In this document: positions 11,422-24,322 of the stretch, piece after piece | Position numbering within the stretch: the stretch's first letter is position 1 | How the letters are laid out: the number at the start of each line of letters is the position of its first letter | Assembly (NCBI RefSeq): GCF_964194155.1 | Contig: NC_135880.1 | Location: 25,854,001-25,918,000, forward strand | Length of the DNA stretch: 64,000 bases | Reading direction: 5' to 3' | DNA from: Cetorhinus maximus | Taxonomy: Eukaryota | Program-made: the position numbers and the translations under genes | The notes under the pieces: model-generated | The model's input: only the letters and a program-made list of their open reading frames with translations | What the model was told of the DNA's origin: nothing | Database searches by the model: none

Positions 11422-12019
11422 TTTCTCCCTCTACAGATGCTGTCAGACCTGCTGAGTGTTTCCAGCATTTTCTGTTTTTCTTTCATATTTCCAGCATTTC
11501 GCCTTTATCTTTGCTACTCTTCCTGCTAGGGCTAAAAGACAGGAAGGAAGGGGATACCTCCTTTGCGGGGTCGAATGTGCCCAATGGGGGCAAGGCACTC
11601 CCAGATCATACCCCACCCCACCCCACTTTGTGACCTCTCCCTGGTCTCCAAGACCCAAACCACCATACCCCTTGCCCCCACCCCCACCACTTGACAATGT
11701 CCCTGATTCTTCCCCGACCAAAAGCTCCAACATGCCTGTTAGTCCAGCACCTATGGACCTTCTCCTCGAGGCTGCTTGTAGCCCCAGCAAGTGGCCACTA
11801 ATGATTTCTGGCGCTGCTGGGTCCACACAGCTGCCTTCCAATCAGATTAGCCAGCCGCTCTCGAGGGCAGGACCTTCTTTTCCTGAGAAGCGTAAGTCCC
11901 ACTCTCAGCTTGTTAAGGTCGCCCTCATTATCGCTGTGGGACGGCCTTTATTTTAAAGCTGGTCAGATCAAGAGCAACTTTTCTATTCGTGGGGAGGGAG
12001 AGTGGGCATAAAGTCCCCA

Positions 12020-12922
12020 ACGTCACAGATGCCAGTCTTGAGACAATTAGACTCACTCCACATGATATCAAAAACCGGCCAAAGGCACTGGATATGGCCC
12101 TGACAACATTCCAGCAATAGTACTGAAGACTTGTGCTCCAGGACGAGCTGCGCCCTTAGTTCTTCCAGTACAGCTACGACACTGGTATCTACCCGGCAAT
12201 GTGGAAAACTGGTATGTTCCATCCACAAAAAGCCGGACAAATCCAATTCGCTCAATTACCGTCCCATCAGTCTACTCTCAATCATCAGTAATGTGATGGA
12301 AAGTGTCGTTGACAATGCTATCAAGCAGTACTTACTCAGCAATAACCTGCTCACTGACACTCAATTTGGGTTCTGCCAGGGCCACTCAGGTCCTAACCTC
12401 ATTGCAGCCTTAGTCCAAACATGGACAAAACTGCTGATCTCAAGAGGTGAGGTCAGAGTGACTGCCCTTGATATCAAGGCAGCATTTGACTGAGTGTGGC
12501 ATCAAGGAACCCTGGAGTCAATGGGAATCAGGGGAAAAATTTCCATTAGTTGGAGTCAATGTCTACAATCTACTAGATGCAGCGCAGCAACTCACGAAGG
12601 CTGCTTTGTCAGAAACTTCAAAGCCTGCAACCTCTACCATCTAGAAGGACAAGGGCAGCAATTGCATGGGAACACCACCACCTGCAAGTTCCCTTCCAAG
12701 CCACACACCATCCTGACTTAAAACTATATCACCATTCTTTCCCTGTCGCTGGGTCAAAATCCTGGAACTCCCTCTCTAACAGCACTATGGGTGTACCTAC
12801 ACCACATGGACTGCAGCGGTTCAAGAAGTCAGCTCACCACCACCTCCTCAAGAGCAATTAAGGATTGGCAACAAAAATGCTGGCCTAGCCAGCGACCTTC
12901 ACATCCCGTGAACAAACATAAA
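12020..12922 (+). mobile_element. LINE-A RT fragment joined to 3' end (internal deletion)
   Basis: NYRPISLLSIIS..QFGFCQGHS..ALDIKAAFD; 3' end SKSWNSL..GLQRFKKSAHHHLLK and tail GCAATTAAGGATTGGCAACAAAAATGCTGGCCTAGCCAGCGAC. Confidence 0.85.
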
Positions 12923-13126
12923 AGCAATGCACCTGCCCCCGCCCCCAAAAAATTCACCTTATTGTGTGAAATGTTTCAAGTTATTTTGACATAATAAGAT
13001 ATCAAATAAATACTACTTTTATTTCCCATTGAAAATGCATGGCCCTTGTTGAAAGTAATAACTCTAATACTAAATAAGAAGAGATTGGTAACATATTTTT
13101 CTAATTTGTCTGTCATTTGATTATAG

Positions 13127-13224
13127 GTAATTTGAGGGTTGTTGATGCTTTGAAGGAGATAGTCAATCACAAGGCTCATTTTCATGAAAATTTGGCTGCT
13201 CTGACTAGTTCTGTCAGCTCACAA
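13127..13224 (+). CDS. Candidate host-gene exon, unidentified (xNLRVVDALKEIVNHKAHFHENLAALTSSVSSQ)
   Basis: Branch-like TCTAAT + pyrimidine tract + TAG acceptor; stop-free, protein-like frame in unique AT-rich DNA; weak donor (CAA|GTGTGA). Confidence 0.3.
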
Positions 13225-14852
13225 GTGTGATAAAAATTGACCTTTTAAAAAAAGTAGTGACACAAAGAAAATTGCATGAATAATTAATAATTGTAGCACA
13301 AATCAAATATGTTCACAGAGACACTTCAGTCTGTGTATTGCCATTCCTTATTGCTTATGAATTAAGTGTAAAATAATGTGGTGTATTTTTTTATTTTGCT
13401 GTAGAATGAACACTGACAGATTTTGGATTTATAAGGTTCCAATAAAGTGCAGATGGATAATATTTATTTCCCCATTTATCCGCAGATAATATGCGCAATG
13501 ATTTACATAAATAAGTATTTTTGTCCCAAGTGTATGACAAAAGCCTTGTGGATAAGAAATTGTTGATTACACCTTGCTATCAAGATAGATTTCTCCTATT
13601 GACTAGGAATAACTAAACCAGTAGAAGCGCAGCTATAGATATTTGGGTATTTGGAATCTTAGCAGGGTTAACATTAAAAGTGCAAACATTTGCTGTTCCA
13701 ATGAATGTCTCCTCACTCTCCAAGCTGAGAGAGCACATTTCCGAGTGCAACTACCTGACAGAAGTCTCCACCATTTGGAAATTTTATTAAACTACCATCT
13801 CACTCAAGAATGCCATAAGATGAATAGCATAGAAAAGTGCTGGGTAGAAGGTGCTCTTCTGTGGCTGGGTGGCAATTATAAGTGTGACAAGGGTGTAGGG
13901 TCCTACATTGCACATGGTTATGCTGTATCAACTTTAGGATTAGTTGGACAGGTATGAATCAAATATAGATTAAAATGATCAATTTATAGATCTTTTGCTT
14001 AAAAAAATAAAAGTGCCTCAAATTGTGGCTGCTAACTTTACAGGCCAACTTTTATCACAACAGCCTTAGTGAGCAAACAGAATCTCATTGTGGTCAGCTG
14101 GCAGAGGTCAGGAATTTTTCAGTCAAAGCCAGAAGTTTTCTTTGGTCCATTTCCCTGCTGCTGTTGCACAGTCCTTCAACAAGTGGCTTCGCTTGCCTGA
14201 GGCAGAGAGTTAAATGGCAGAAAGCCCTGAGATTTGAACTCAACAGTCCAACAGGTTGGCAGTCAGTCAATACTAGTGGGCTGCACAATATTCTTTTTGG
14301 AGTCAACAGATGGAATCGTGGAACTGTGTGCAGTGTTCTGGGTGATGGTACATAAACTGACATTCTAATTGCTTCTGTAAATTACCATTAATATATGTTA
14401 CCTTCAGATATTTAAATGTTGATGATGGTTTAAAAATAAATGATTGCTCTCCACTCACCTATTACTATTTTATATTATATGCATATAAGGCAGTGTCTTA
14501 TTTAACTGTTAGGTAGCTTAATGGTTATTACACCTTAAAATTGTTTTGAAGTACAAGCCAATAATTACTTTTCAAACAGGGGTTGATGTAAAATTGATGA
14601 AGCATTACAAAATTCATTACAGTGTTTCAGTTTTAAAGCTCCTGACAAGGAACTATCATTTTCACAGCCCACCTTTAAATTGCAAGTCAGAATTTTAGTG
14701 CAGTGTGTTTTAACTGCTTAGAAAAATGACATAGATGTGACTTGGAAATTATAGTTGGCATCACGTGCAGACCCAAATGTGAAGAAAATTATTTTAAATC
14801 TGCATTCAAACTTACCAAGCAGTAAACCTAGGGTTTGTTTTATCATTTCCAG

Positions 14853-16558
14853 GACGATGCTTGCAGTGCAAGGATTAAATTACGAGGGACAATAGCATAA
14901 ATCGGTGGTTTATTCCCTGGAATTTAGAAGGTTAATGGGTGATTGGGTTTCAAGATATCAAGGGGAACGGATAGGGTAGGTAGAGTCAAACTATTTCCAT
15001 TACTTGGGAAGTCCTAAAAACTAGAGTCAGATCTTTCGGGTGTGAAGCTTGGAAATGCTACACAAAATGGTACTGGAAGTTTGGCACCCTCGTCCACAAA
15101 CAGCAGTTGATGCTAGGTCAATTGTTAATTTTAAATCTGACAATGATAGCTTTTTTTTAACCAAAGGTTTTAAGAGCTATGGGGGAAAGTTACTTCTGTT
15201 ACGGCCACATGAGGAGGGGTAAAAATGTCTCCCCTATCATACCACTCCAAGTTTGACCATAACAGGGGTTTTTTTTGTGCATTTAGAAGGATAAAGGTAT
15301 TTTCTCACTGTCTGTGTTTAATCCTTTACGTGCTGGTCGTAAAACAACTAGTCTGGTAGGCATTCTTGAGCTTAAAACAAAAAGGAATTAGTTTTTATGT
15401 TGTTAAAAACCCACCCAGGCAAAGATATAAAAAAAATTTCAAAAGCTAAACCCATTTCTCAGCCTTTGCAACCCACATCCACAGACACACACACACAAAA
15501 ATACAAAATTTACAAGTTCTACTAGGTAGTTACTTTCTTAGTCAAATTAAAGATCAATGCTGAAACGTGACAAAATTGAGAGTTCATTGTTTACGAGTCC
15601 TTTGCTGGTATCCGCGGCTGAAGCAGAAGATTTTCTAGGTTCACATTTAGATTCCAGAAGTTCAGTTGAAGTCCATGTAAAACTGTAATTGCTGGAGACA
15701 ATTTCTTTTTAAAAATGTTATCCATCTTTTCCAGAAGTCAATGATTTCTGCACCTGAAGTTCCTTTTGATGGAAATTCACTATCTCTGTGCTGGATTTTG
15801 AAATTGTAAAGAGACAGGGTCTTAACTTGGAAGAGGAGAGAAGGGAGCTCCTTACTGCTCCATTGGCAACTTTTCAAGACTACCATTTTAGCAGTTTATG
15901 TGCAGCATTAAAGAGATTTCAAAAATGGTTACTTCAGCTATATGCCCTCTCTCTCCCCATAATGATTTCAGAAGACATTTGTTGAACTGATGACTAAACA
16001 ACTGTGTCTTTTGTTTCCTGGCTGGGGTGATTTGATTCTATAATGTCCCAGCCATTAACTTCTAAATATCCATTATCCATCTTGATGAGATAGGGAAAAC
16101 ACCTTTCCATGTAGCTACTGTCCCAGTAGACTTCCTGTCTCCACTTGAGAGATAACCTTATAGATGTGCAAATGTGAGTCCCAGTGCCATTTTCAGTAAA
16201 CCCTTTTGATGTAGTTCTTGACATCATCAGATGTAACGTTCCAGAGAAGGATATCACGGTGTGTCTGAATTGTAATTCACATTGGAACTTTGCTGAAGCT
16301 GGTCAACTTGCAATAGCAGACATCAGGTGACTTGTGACAGCTATTTTAAGTCAGTGTCTTTTGTTGCTTTTAAAAAGTCCTTTTTAAACAGTTCAATATA
16401 TGTTTGATCAGCCGGTGAAATTACAGATTGATATCACTCATGCACAGGTCACATAATCTTGACATGTAAATAGAGTTAGGTTGCAGATCAGCAATGACCT
16501 CATTGAATGGTGGAACAGGCTCAAGGTGCTAAATGGCCTACACCTGTTTCTATGTTTG
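14853..16558 (+). mobile_element. CR1 3' end split by a solo LTR
   Basis: CR1-type 3' coding/UTR sequence at 14853-15190 resumes at ~16466-16558 (..AAATGGCCTACACCTGTTTCTATGTT). Confidence 0.7.
15197..16464 (-). mobile_element. Probable solo LTR (~1.27 kb)
   Basis: Starts TGTTA and ends TGACA; cleanly interrupts a CR1; non-coding; terminus resembles those at 19340-19353 and 62676. No clear TSD. Confidence 0.55.
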
Positions 16559-16599
16559 TAATTGGCATTGAATGATACTTTGCAAACAGTTCAATAATT

Positions 16600-16790
16600 C
16601 AAAACAATTAGTGCTGGAAATGTGCCACAGGTCTGTAGAAGAGAAAGATGGGTTAGTACTTCAAGTACAATTGTTTAACAGCTCTGATGAAAAGCCAGGC
16701 TCAAAATAGCCACCATTCTTCAACAAATGCTGATCCATCTGACTGCATCTTTGACATTTGTGCTCAAATTTAAAGTTTTTGCAGTTTTTC
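16600..16790 (+). mobile_element. Old miniature Penelope-derived fold-back element
   Basis: Same layout as 28853-29062, with CTCTGATGAA core remnant at ~16682. Confidence 0.4.
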
Positions 16791-17070
16791 TTCTAGTCTC
16801 CTTTAAATTGTGTAGTAAGCTCCACAATTTCCAACTCTGTTCTCATTACCAATTAGTCATTGAGTACAATGATGCCGGTTTTTTTTTGTCAGTGTTTAGA
16901 TTTGAAGAATGGTTTGGAAGGGAATTGCAAGGCCTCCCAAAAAACATCTAGAAACCAATTGAGTTCACTCTGCAAAGGTTATCACAGTTTGACAAAGCAA
17001 GAGTAAGAATGGCCCTGATATTGTTCTACTGGTGCCCCCCTGAGCAAAAATGAAGCAGTCTTTCCCCCAT

Positions 17071-17880
17071 AAATAAAAACTAAAAATGCTGGAAAAACTC
17101 AGCATGTGTGGCAGCATTTATGGAGAGAGAAACAGAGTTAATATTAGCTTCTTCAGAGCTAAAGAGAAGCAGCAATGTGATGGTTTTTATACTGTATAAG
17201 AGGGGGTGGAGTAGGTGGAGCAAAATAGAAGGTCCAGGATAAGTGGTAGCTAAGGGAAACTTGACGAAGATGTCATGGACACAGGACAAAGGGGGTGTCA
17301 ATGGTAGTGTTAAAGATTAAAAAATGTGCTGATAGTGGCATAAAGGTAAGATAGCAGAATATGTTAATAACAGAACTAGGGCCAGCACGCTGTGAAAGCA
17401 AAATATAAAAACAAGTGACAGATGGCACCATTGGGGGTGGTTGGGGAAAAAGGATAAATAAATAACTAATACAATAAATAAAAACATAAATGAATGAATG
17501 AATAAATAAATAATGTTTTTTTTTAATGGACCAAAAAGGGATAGAGATGGAAGAGAGAGTTCATGGTCTGAAGTTGTTGAACTCAATGTTAATTCCAGAA
17601 GGCAATAAAGTACCTAATCAGAAGATGAGGTGCTGTTCCTCCAGTTTGCATTGGGCTTCACTGGAACATTTCAGCAGGCCAAGGATGGACATGTTGGCAT
17701 GAGGGTAAGATGATGTGTTAAAATGGCAAGCAACAGGAAGGTCTGGGTCATGTTTGCGGACTGAGCGAAGGTGTTCTGCAAAGTGGTCCCCCAGTCTGTA
17801 TTTAGTCTCCCCAGTGTAGAGGAGATCACATTGGGAGCAGCAAATACATTAGACCAAATTGAAGGAGGTGCAAGGGAAAT
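17071..17880 (-). mobile_element. Penelope-like element (family 2), 5'-truncated: GIY-YIG + pLTR
   Basis: Colinear with 9987-10825; hammerhead stem II region deleted near 17145. Confidence 0.85.
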
Positions 17881-18069
17881 ACTACCTCACTTTCCGCCTA
17901 CCAACATTTGGGACAGAATCCCAACCGTCACCATTGTTACCTCAAATGCTTGCTTACTATCCCAATAGTGGGAAACTGACAAATTTAGTCAGAGACCAAT
18001 TTACAACTCTCAAAATTTAGGTCTGTCACCATTTGAAGTATAGTTCTATTTTCTTTATTACAGTAAGGA

Positions 18070-18285
18070 CATCATGCCAATTTTCATTGCTCCTCCATTG
18101 GCAGCCATGCCTTTAGCTGCCTAGAGTTTCCTCCTGGAAGATGTTTCTCGATCAAGCTTTTGGCCATCTGCTATTATATCTCCTTATGTGGCTCAGTATC
18201 AAATTTTATTTGATAATACTCCTGTGAAGCACCTTGGGACATTTTGCTACCTGAATGATCTATATAAATGCAAGTTGTTATTGTT
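18070..18285 (+). mobile_element. L2 LINE 3' end
   Basis: ..CCTGTGAAGCACCTTGGGACATTT..TATATAAATGCAAGTTGTTATTGTTG terminus. Confidence 0.7.
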
Positions 18286-18289
18286 GCGT

Positions 18290-19353
18290 GTGATGCACTA
18301 AGTCTTCACACTGTATATTTTTATGAAATATATATGATATATTTATATTGATATCCTCATGGCTATTTAAATTTTTTAAAAAACCAAACAAAGATCCTTA
18401 ACATGATTGAAACCCTGCCTGCCTATGACTCCAGAACAAAAGAAGTTACTTTGCAGTTTTGGAAATCTCACACATCATTATCTCTGAGGAGCTACAATCA
18501 CCTGGGGACTGCATAGCCCAACTTCAAAGGGAGCTACATTGAAGGTATTTTGTATTTTATAACCTAGGCTGGCCAGTGGAAATGGAACATCTACCAAGAC
18601 AATGGCCTCTCAAACATTCCTTTTAACCCATAATGGCTGAGACATTATCAACCTGGAACACAAAACCAATTTCCAAACACTAGATGACCATCCTTTGTTG
18701 AAGAAATCGTGGAGAGGTAAAGTCACATTACCTAGACGTTTGGCTTGTTGACCAAGTAATATTGCCTTGTTGGACTGCATAGCTCTTTCTGCTGTTTAAC
18801 ATCTGACTAATAGGCCACACCAAAGGAGCTCAGGCCCAGGTTGAACACCTGATCCCATCTACAATCCTTCTGCAGGAAGTCTGTACCATCACCCACAAGA
18901 CAGATTTATCTGTGCATGCTTATCTCATCATGTGAAGTCAACACCACCAGAAAAATAAATTATCCAGCATCGGTTTTCAGACTACCGACCTCTGTGAAGG
19001 AATACCTCATCAGACTTTGATTCTAGACTCTGGAACCCACATGAAACAATATTTATTTTCTCTGTGGCCTCTGTACTGTAAACCTTTCTTTTCTCTATCC
19101 TTCTCTTGACCATCTGAATATATTTTTTCACATTTTGATTGTGTGCAAATAAACTAACCCTTTAAGTTCATCCCACCCTGAGTTTGCTATGGGGCTATTA
19201 ATAGAAAATTGGATTGCACCAAAACTGAGGGGTAGTGAAATACACCACTGCGTATAAAGAGGGAAACAAATCAAAACACCTTTCTGCTTACAGATGTGTG
19301 GTGAGGGGAGAAATTAGAGCTGTTTAAATGAACCCCCCCCTCCTGTCCGTAAT
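18290..19353 (+). mobile_element. Probable solo LTR
   Basis: Starts TG.. and ends ..CCGTAATA; AATAAA at ~19148; 3' part resembles the reverse complement of 62676 onward. Confidence 0.5.
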
Positions 19354-20526
19354 ATTTGTAATCCATTTTTGAATTCAAGAGCTGATGAGATGGATCAAAG
19401 CAGTCTCTTCTGTTTCTGGACCCTTTAAGGTTCCTAATGCAAACTGGCACTATGCAAATTGAAACACTTCAGCTGCAGATGACTTGTGATAGAGGATATG
19501 CTTCAGGAGGCAGTAGGACATGACATTTATATCCCGTCGTGAGCTCACCTCACAATTATCTTGTCTGTGGGATGTCAGACCCGCCTCATTCTACTCATTC
19601 TATGTATGTTGTTAAGTTTTATTTTTGGTGCTGATGTTCATGATTGTGTTTCTGCAGCCCCTTTGAAAAAGAAACATCCCAAGGCTCTTTGTAACTGCAG
19701 CCGAGGAAATAGGAGAGACAAAAAATACAGCTGAAAAAACAAGTTTTAGGGAGAGTTTTATAGGCAAGGAGAGAAATTCCTAAGGCAGAAGAGTTAAACA
19801 TTCTGGTGAGAAGGCATGCATAAGAGACCAAAAAGGTATAATTCCCCTGGTAAAGTCACATTTTCTGCTGTAATTTATATAGCTGATGGTTCAGGGAGTC
19901 GGGAAAGGAACTATGACCTTTTTGTGACTTGGCTATGTGCATGTGGAGTAATCACATCAGATAGTAGCGGTGCCTAGAAGAGGAAAGATTAAGCAAATGT
20001 TGAGCGATTTCAGTGCATTAGAACGACAGACCTGAAGAATTTGTGTGTCTGCAGAGTCTGTGAGGGTAATGCTAATACTCCTATCAAATGCTGCAATCGT
20101 GGAATATGTTTTGAAGTGCCTCTGATTTTTATCAGTTAATTTAGTTGCATTAATGTATCACTGTAGGAAATGTCTGATTTATTTATCTAATTGGTTGAGC
20201 TTACTTTGTTGTATTGGGCACTTGTGACTCTTTCTGGGTAGAAATCAGGTCACATTGAGCTGTAGGTGATAAGCAGAACATAAAATTTAGTTAATTTAGG
20301 TCCATTAGGTATATGGAGTTTTTCATTGCTTGGTAGGAAAGTTAGCACAGTTGGTTTTGGAAGTTTTATGTGGCTGTTTTTAGTCTATTAACCAATTGCA
20401 AGCATTTTTCTTTTCTATCTTCAAAAATGTTATAAAAATACAGAGGAAGTTTTTTCCTATTTCTTTAAGGAAAAAAAAATGTTCATGGTAGCCCAGTGCC
20501 CAGTGGTAAAGCTGAGACTTTTTATG

Positions 20527-20860
20527 TGTCAGCCTTGGTTAAGTGGTAGCATCATTGCTTTTGAGTCAGAAAGTGATAGGTTCAAGCACCAATGTGGAGA
20601 GACATGTGGGTCCATAATCCAGGCTGAAACCAAAGCACAGGCCTGGGATGGTGAAAGTCTTGATTTAAGAATGAGATCTTAAATCCTCTCCGGGAGCAGT
20701 GCCAATCTCTCCAACAACATGAATAAAACAAATCATCCAGTCATTTATCTCATTGCTGTTGTTGGAACCTTGCTGTGCACAAATTGGCTGCTGCATTTCT
20801 CCATATTATAACAGTAAACATACTTTAAAAGCATTTCATGAGCTGTAAACCCCTTTGGAA
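20527..20860 (+). mobile_element. Deu-domain SINE (SacSINE1-like)
   Basis: tRNA-like head (GGTTCAAGC B box) + TCATTGCTGTT..CTTGCTGTGCACAAATTGGCTGCTGCATTTC core. Confidence 0.7.
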
Positions 20861-21604
20861 AATCGGGAATTTTACAATATTTATTCAAGCTCTCTCTCCT
20901 GCTTCTAGCTGATAGTGAAGGAAACTAATTTTACACATCTGGTTTAACACAATTTTCAGCATGGTTGCATTTGACAAACTTAATAGATTTTGAAGAAGTG
21001 ACTGAATGATTAGATAAAGGGAATGTTATACACACTACATCAATTTGCAGAAGGCGTTTGATAAGGTGTCTCACAAAAAGTCTTTAAAAAGTTCAGGAAT
21101 ATTGATGTAAGAGGGACAGAAAGCAAAGTGTTATGTTTAATTTGTGTTACTCTCCACACTGGAGAAGAATTGGAAATGATGACCCTAGTGCTTAACCCAC
21201 CTTCGTTATCTGTATTTGTAGAGAACTTTGGTGTAGGGAACTGAGAACTGCCTGCTATTTCCCATAGTGAGTTCAAGGGCCAAGTCTCATTCGCATTCGG
21301 GCAATAGGCTTGGCAGGCCTGGATTCTCAGCAGGAAGAAGGTAGGTCTGTGGAGACGGGGCTCAGACTTAGGTGGAGGGGAGGGGTCCCAGAACAGCAGC
21401 AACCCAGGCTGAATTTGTGGATCCAAGACTGTAAAACTCACCTTTAGGCTCCTGTTCAACTGGAGCACCAGCTGGAGGTGCAAAGGAAGCCACAGCAATG
21501 GACAGAAGAGGGCAGTAATTCAATCCCCACCATTTCTGCCAGGAGTGGGTGTGAGACCTCAAAGCCCACAGGCTCTAAATTTGCTGTTGACAAATAAGTA
21601 GAAA

Positions 21605-22320
21605 GAAAACAAGGTTTACAGTTGAAAAGTGCCTTTTTTGACCTCCCGATATCACAAAAAAGGTTTACAGCCAATTAATTACTTCTTTTAAAGTGTAGTT
21701 ACTATTGTAATGCAGGGAAATCTGCAACCATTTTGCGCACAGTGAGGTTCCACAAATAGCAATGTGATAATGACCAGATCATTTATTAAAGTGATGTTGG
21801 TTGAGGGATGCTGGGGAAAACTTCCTTGTTCTTCTTCTAAATAGTGCCATAGGATCCATTTCTTTTACCTAAGAGGGCATACAGTGATGTGGTGGTAATA
21901 TCACTGGACCTACAGCTCAGGCTAATGCTTTGCAGGCATGGGTTCAAATCCCACCAGGGTAGCCGTGGAGTTGAAATTCAATCACTAAACCAGTAGTGGT
22001 GACCATGACAACTGTCATTTATTTTTTGTAAAGCCCATCTGATTCATTAATGTCCCTTAGGGAAGGAAATGTGCCACCCTTACCCGGTCTAGCCAGACCC
22101 ACAGTAATGTGAATGACTCTTAACTGCCCTCTGAAATGTCTGAGCAGGGGCAATAAGGGGTGGGCAACAAATGCTAGCCTTGACGGCAATGCCCACATCC
22201 CTTGAAAGAATGAGAAAAAAAGACGGGTTTAATGTCTCCAAACAACAGCACCTCTGACAATATAGTTCTCCCCTGGTACTGCACTAGAGTGTTGGCCTAT
22301 CAAGTCTGACTCAGGGAACG
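21605..22320 (-). mobile_element. Deu-domain SINE interrupted by SINE-A
   Basis: Reverse-complement Deu core at 21605-21880 resumes at ~22221-22320. Confidence 0.7.
21883..22220 (+). mobile_element. SINE-A, near full length (tRNA-like head + LINE-A leader + LINE-A 3' tail)
   Basis: A box-like TGGTGGTAAT, B box GGTTCAAATCC, body shared with 2623-2750, tail shared with 12850-12922, A-rich end. Confidence 0.85.
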
Positions 22321-23161
22321 TGTTATCAATTGGAAAATAATGAGGAGAGCTGTCAAGAACTTCAGGAAGACATTATGGATCAGCAGCATAGATAAGGAGG
22401 GTGGCAGATGTAATTAAATATGGACACACAGCATGGGATTGGCTTTAGGGTCGCTCTAGCAAAGAAATGACACAGGCACAAAAGGTTGACTTCCTTCTAT
22501 TTTGTAAATAGTTCCATGTTACAATATTTGTGTCATGCAAGATATATTGAGACAGGATTGGGGAATGTTTAAGAGCCTGTTCAAGAGAAAAATACGTCAT
22601 CAGCAAATAACACTTGCCTTTGTAGCTAATTTTCTTTTCCTGCCTTGTACGAAAACTTGGCATCTGTTAATAACTGTAGTTGAGATCTGACCCACCAATT
22701 TTCCTTCATTTTCTATCCTTGCATGTTCTCGGGGCAATGATGGGGAAAACACTCTGAGTGAAATCTCAAATAACTCTTTTTATCACAATTTTCTAGTTGA
22801 AAGCCACTGCACCAGGTGTTACTTATGCTGCTGTGTGACTGCCATAATAAGCTTGGTGAGGCCTACTTCTTCTTACTGTCACATTGAATCTGGTATTTCC
22901 ATCTATAGTCACTGTGTTATTTTGGAAAGTACAGTCATGCAGGAAGACAGTGATCAAATAACCGAACAGGCTTCTAGTCAAAGTAATTCCAGTCTAATGG
23001 AGCAATAAGTCAAGGAGAATCTCATGCTTCTTGCACTTATCCATTAGAGAGTCCAGCTCCCTCCCTACCTTCAAGGAGTTGGGAAGTATGCTGAAAGCTT
23101 CAACCAAAATGACATTGGTTTTAGTCGCCATGCCATGTGTAAATTTTAGAGATATGATTGA

Positions 23162-23770
23162 GGCCCAGAGTTTAACCCTATGAGTAGTTCCCCCTGTTCA
23201 TGCTGCACATCCGCCTGCTGCCAATTTAGCTCCTGGATTCCAGGAAGCATTGAAGGTGCTCCCCGCAGACAAGTGAGGGCCTCATTAATGTTCAACATGA
23301 TGCCTGATGATAACACCATTCAAACCTCGATGGGACTTTAACTCTGACGCACAGTGCTGGCTGTGGGGGGCGGTGGGCAACAAGTGTCAGTTGAATCAGA
23401 AGATAAGCTCTGTTTGAAGTTTTGCCGATGCTCCTCTGGGCCATTGAAACATTGGACCTTCCTTGCCTCAGTCACTTTCCCCACCCCTCTCCGTCTCCAA
23501 ACCAGAATCACGTCACAATCATACCTTCCCAGCCTGCCACTTACCTTAGAACTGGGGATCATTCACTCAGATACACGATAGCAGCTTCATGCTGACTGAA
23601 ATCCTGCTTGCCTGCGAGTTCCACCAGGTGCTGGCAGGAAACTCGGCTTCAGGTTGCAGATGAAGACCAGATGTTCAGCTGGCCCAGCTTCACAACGGCG
23701 CAACTGTGCAAACTTATCACTCACCCTACCTCCCATTCCATGCCACACACTGCCCCAAGTTAAAACCGAT
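23162..23770. mobile_element. Old MITE-like element
   Basis: Starts GGCCCAGAGTTTAAC; GC-richer non-coding block with matching GTTAAAAC near its end. Confidence 0.35.
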
Positions 23771-24205
23771 GACTTTCATTTCTACGCTGTCTACTTTATT
23801 TATCAGGGAAGCCGCTCAAATTCAGTGACAATAATGAGAAATTTGAAGAAGAAATGCTCGCAAACATGATGAATTTTAATTCTGTTTTGTTAACAGAACA
23901 CAGAAAACTTGCATTTATATTCTTACGTATAAGAAAGCAAGATGTTGCACAGTTTGGAGGCCTTGGTGATTACAGCATAGATTTTAGAGATCATTTCATG
24001 TAACGCGAGCATGAATTAAGAATTCAGGCCCAGACGCTAATATATCCTAATGATTTTCTGCCCAAGAATTTTATTGAGAGGAAAATTGTATAGAGACTTC
24101 TAGGCCCACGTATATCTTATGCATTGCCATTGCACGACCAATTTACTGTACATTTTCAGCTTTCAAGTATAGATGTACAAAATTTTACTTTCCTTTCTTC
24201 GACAG

Positions 24206-24322
24206 TGCTACAAGTGGCCAGAGTGAGTGGACCATGTTTCTCTCGCACTGCTCGAGAAATGACTCTAGTACTGACAGGGTAACTGCATTGCCCCGGGTGT
24301 TTCAAGCATTTGATCATTACTG
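24206..24322 (+). CDS. Candidate 117-nt phase 2-2 host exon (xATSGQSEWTMFLSHCSRNDSSTDRVTALPRVFQAFDHYx), unidentified
   Basis: Strong acceptor TTTTACTTTCCTTTCTTCGACAG, donor TG|GTAATG, length a multiple of 3, open frame, retained CpGs, non-repetitive. Confidence 0.4.

Larger units (their letters stand above)
9987..11510 (-). mobile_element. Penelope-like element (family 2) with GIY-YIG remnant, inverted pLTRs and a 15-bp target-site duplication
   Basis: FTCTSFNLVHCIRCSQCALLEIGETKHRLGGHFAEH..HFN; ~9987-10310 is the reverse complement of ~11162-11485; TTGCTACTCTTCCTG at 9972-9986 and 11511-11525. Confidence 0.9.
9733..12958. mobile_element. Harbinger-type MITE split by a Penelope insertion and a LINE-A insertion
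   Basis: Ends GGGGAGAATTTTT / AAAAATTCACCT; pieces at 9733-9986, 11511-~12020 and ~12923-12958. Confidence 0.5.

Noticed and set aside
11456-11956. 166-aa proline-rich ORF, longest in the track
   Set aside because: Runs across a pLTR end and a C-rich MITE; stop-poor by composition.
14023-14355. 110-aa ORF in unique DNA
   Set aside because: No recognisable motif, non-ATG start, no convincing splice pair.
21883-21960. tRNA gene
   Set aside because: A/B boxes belong to a SINE head; no intact cloverleaf (same for 1810-1890, 35345-35410, 45863-45940).
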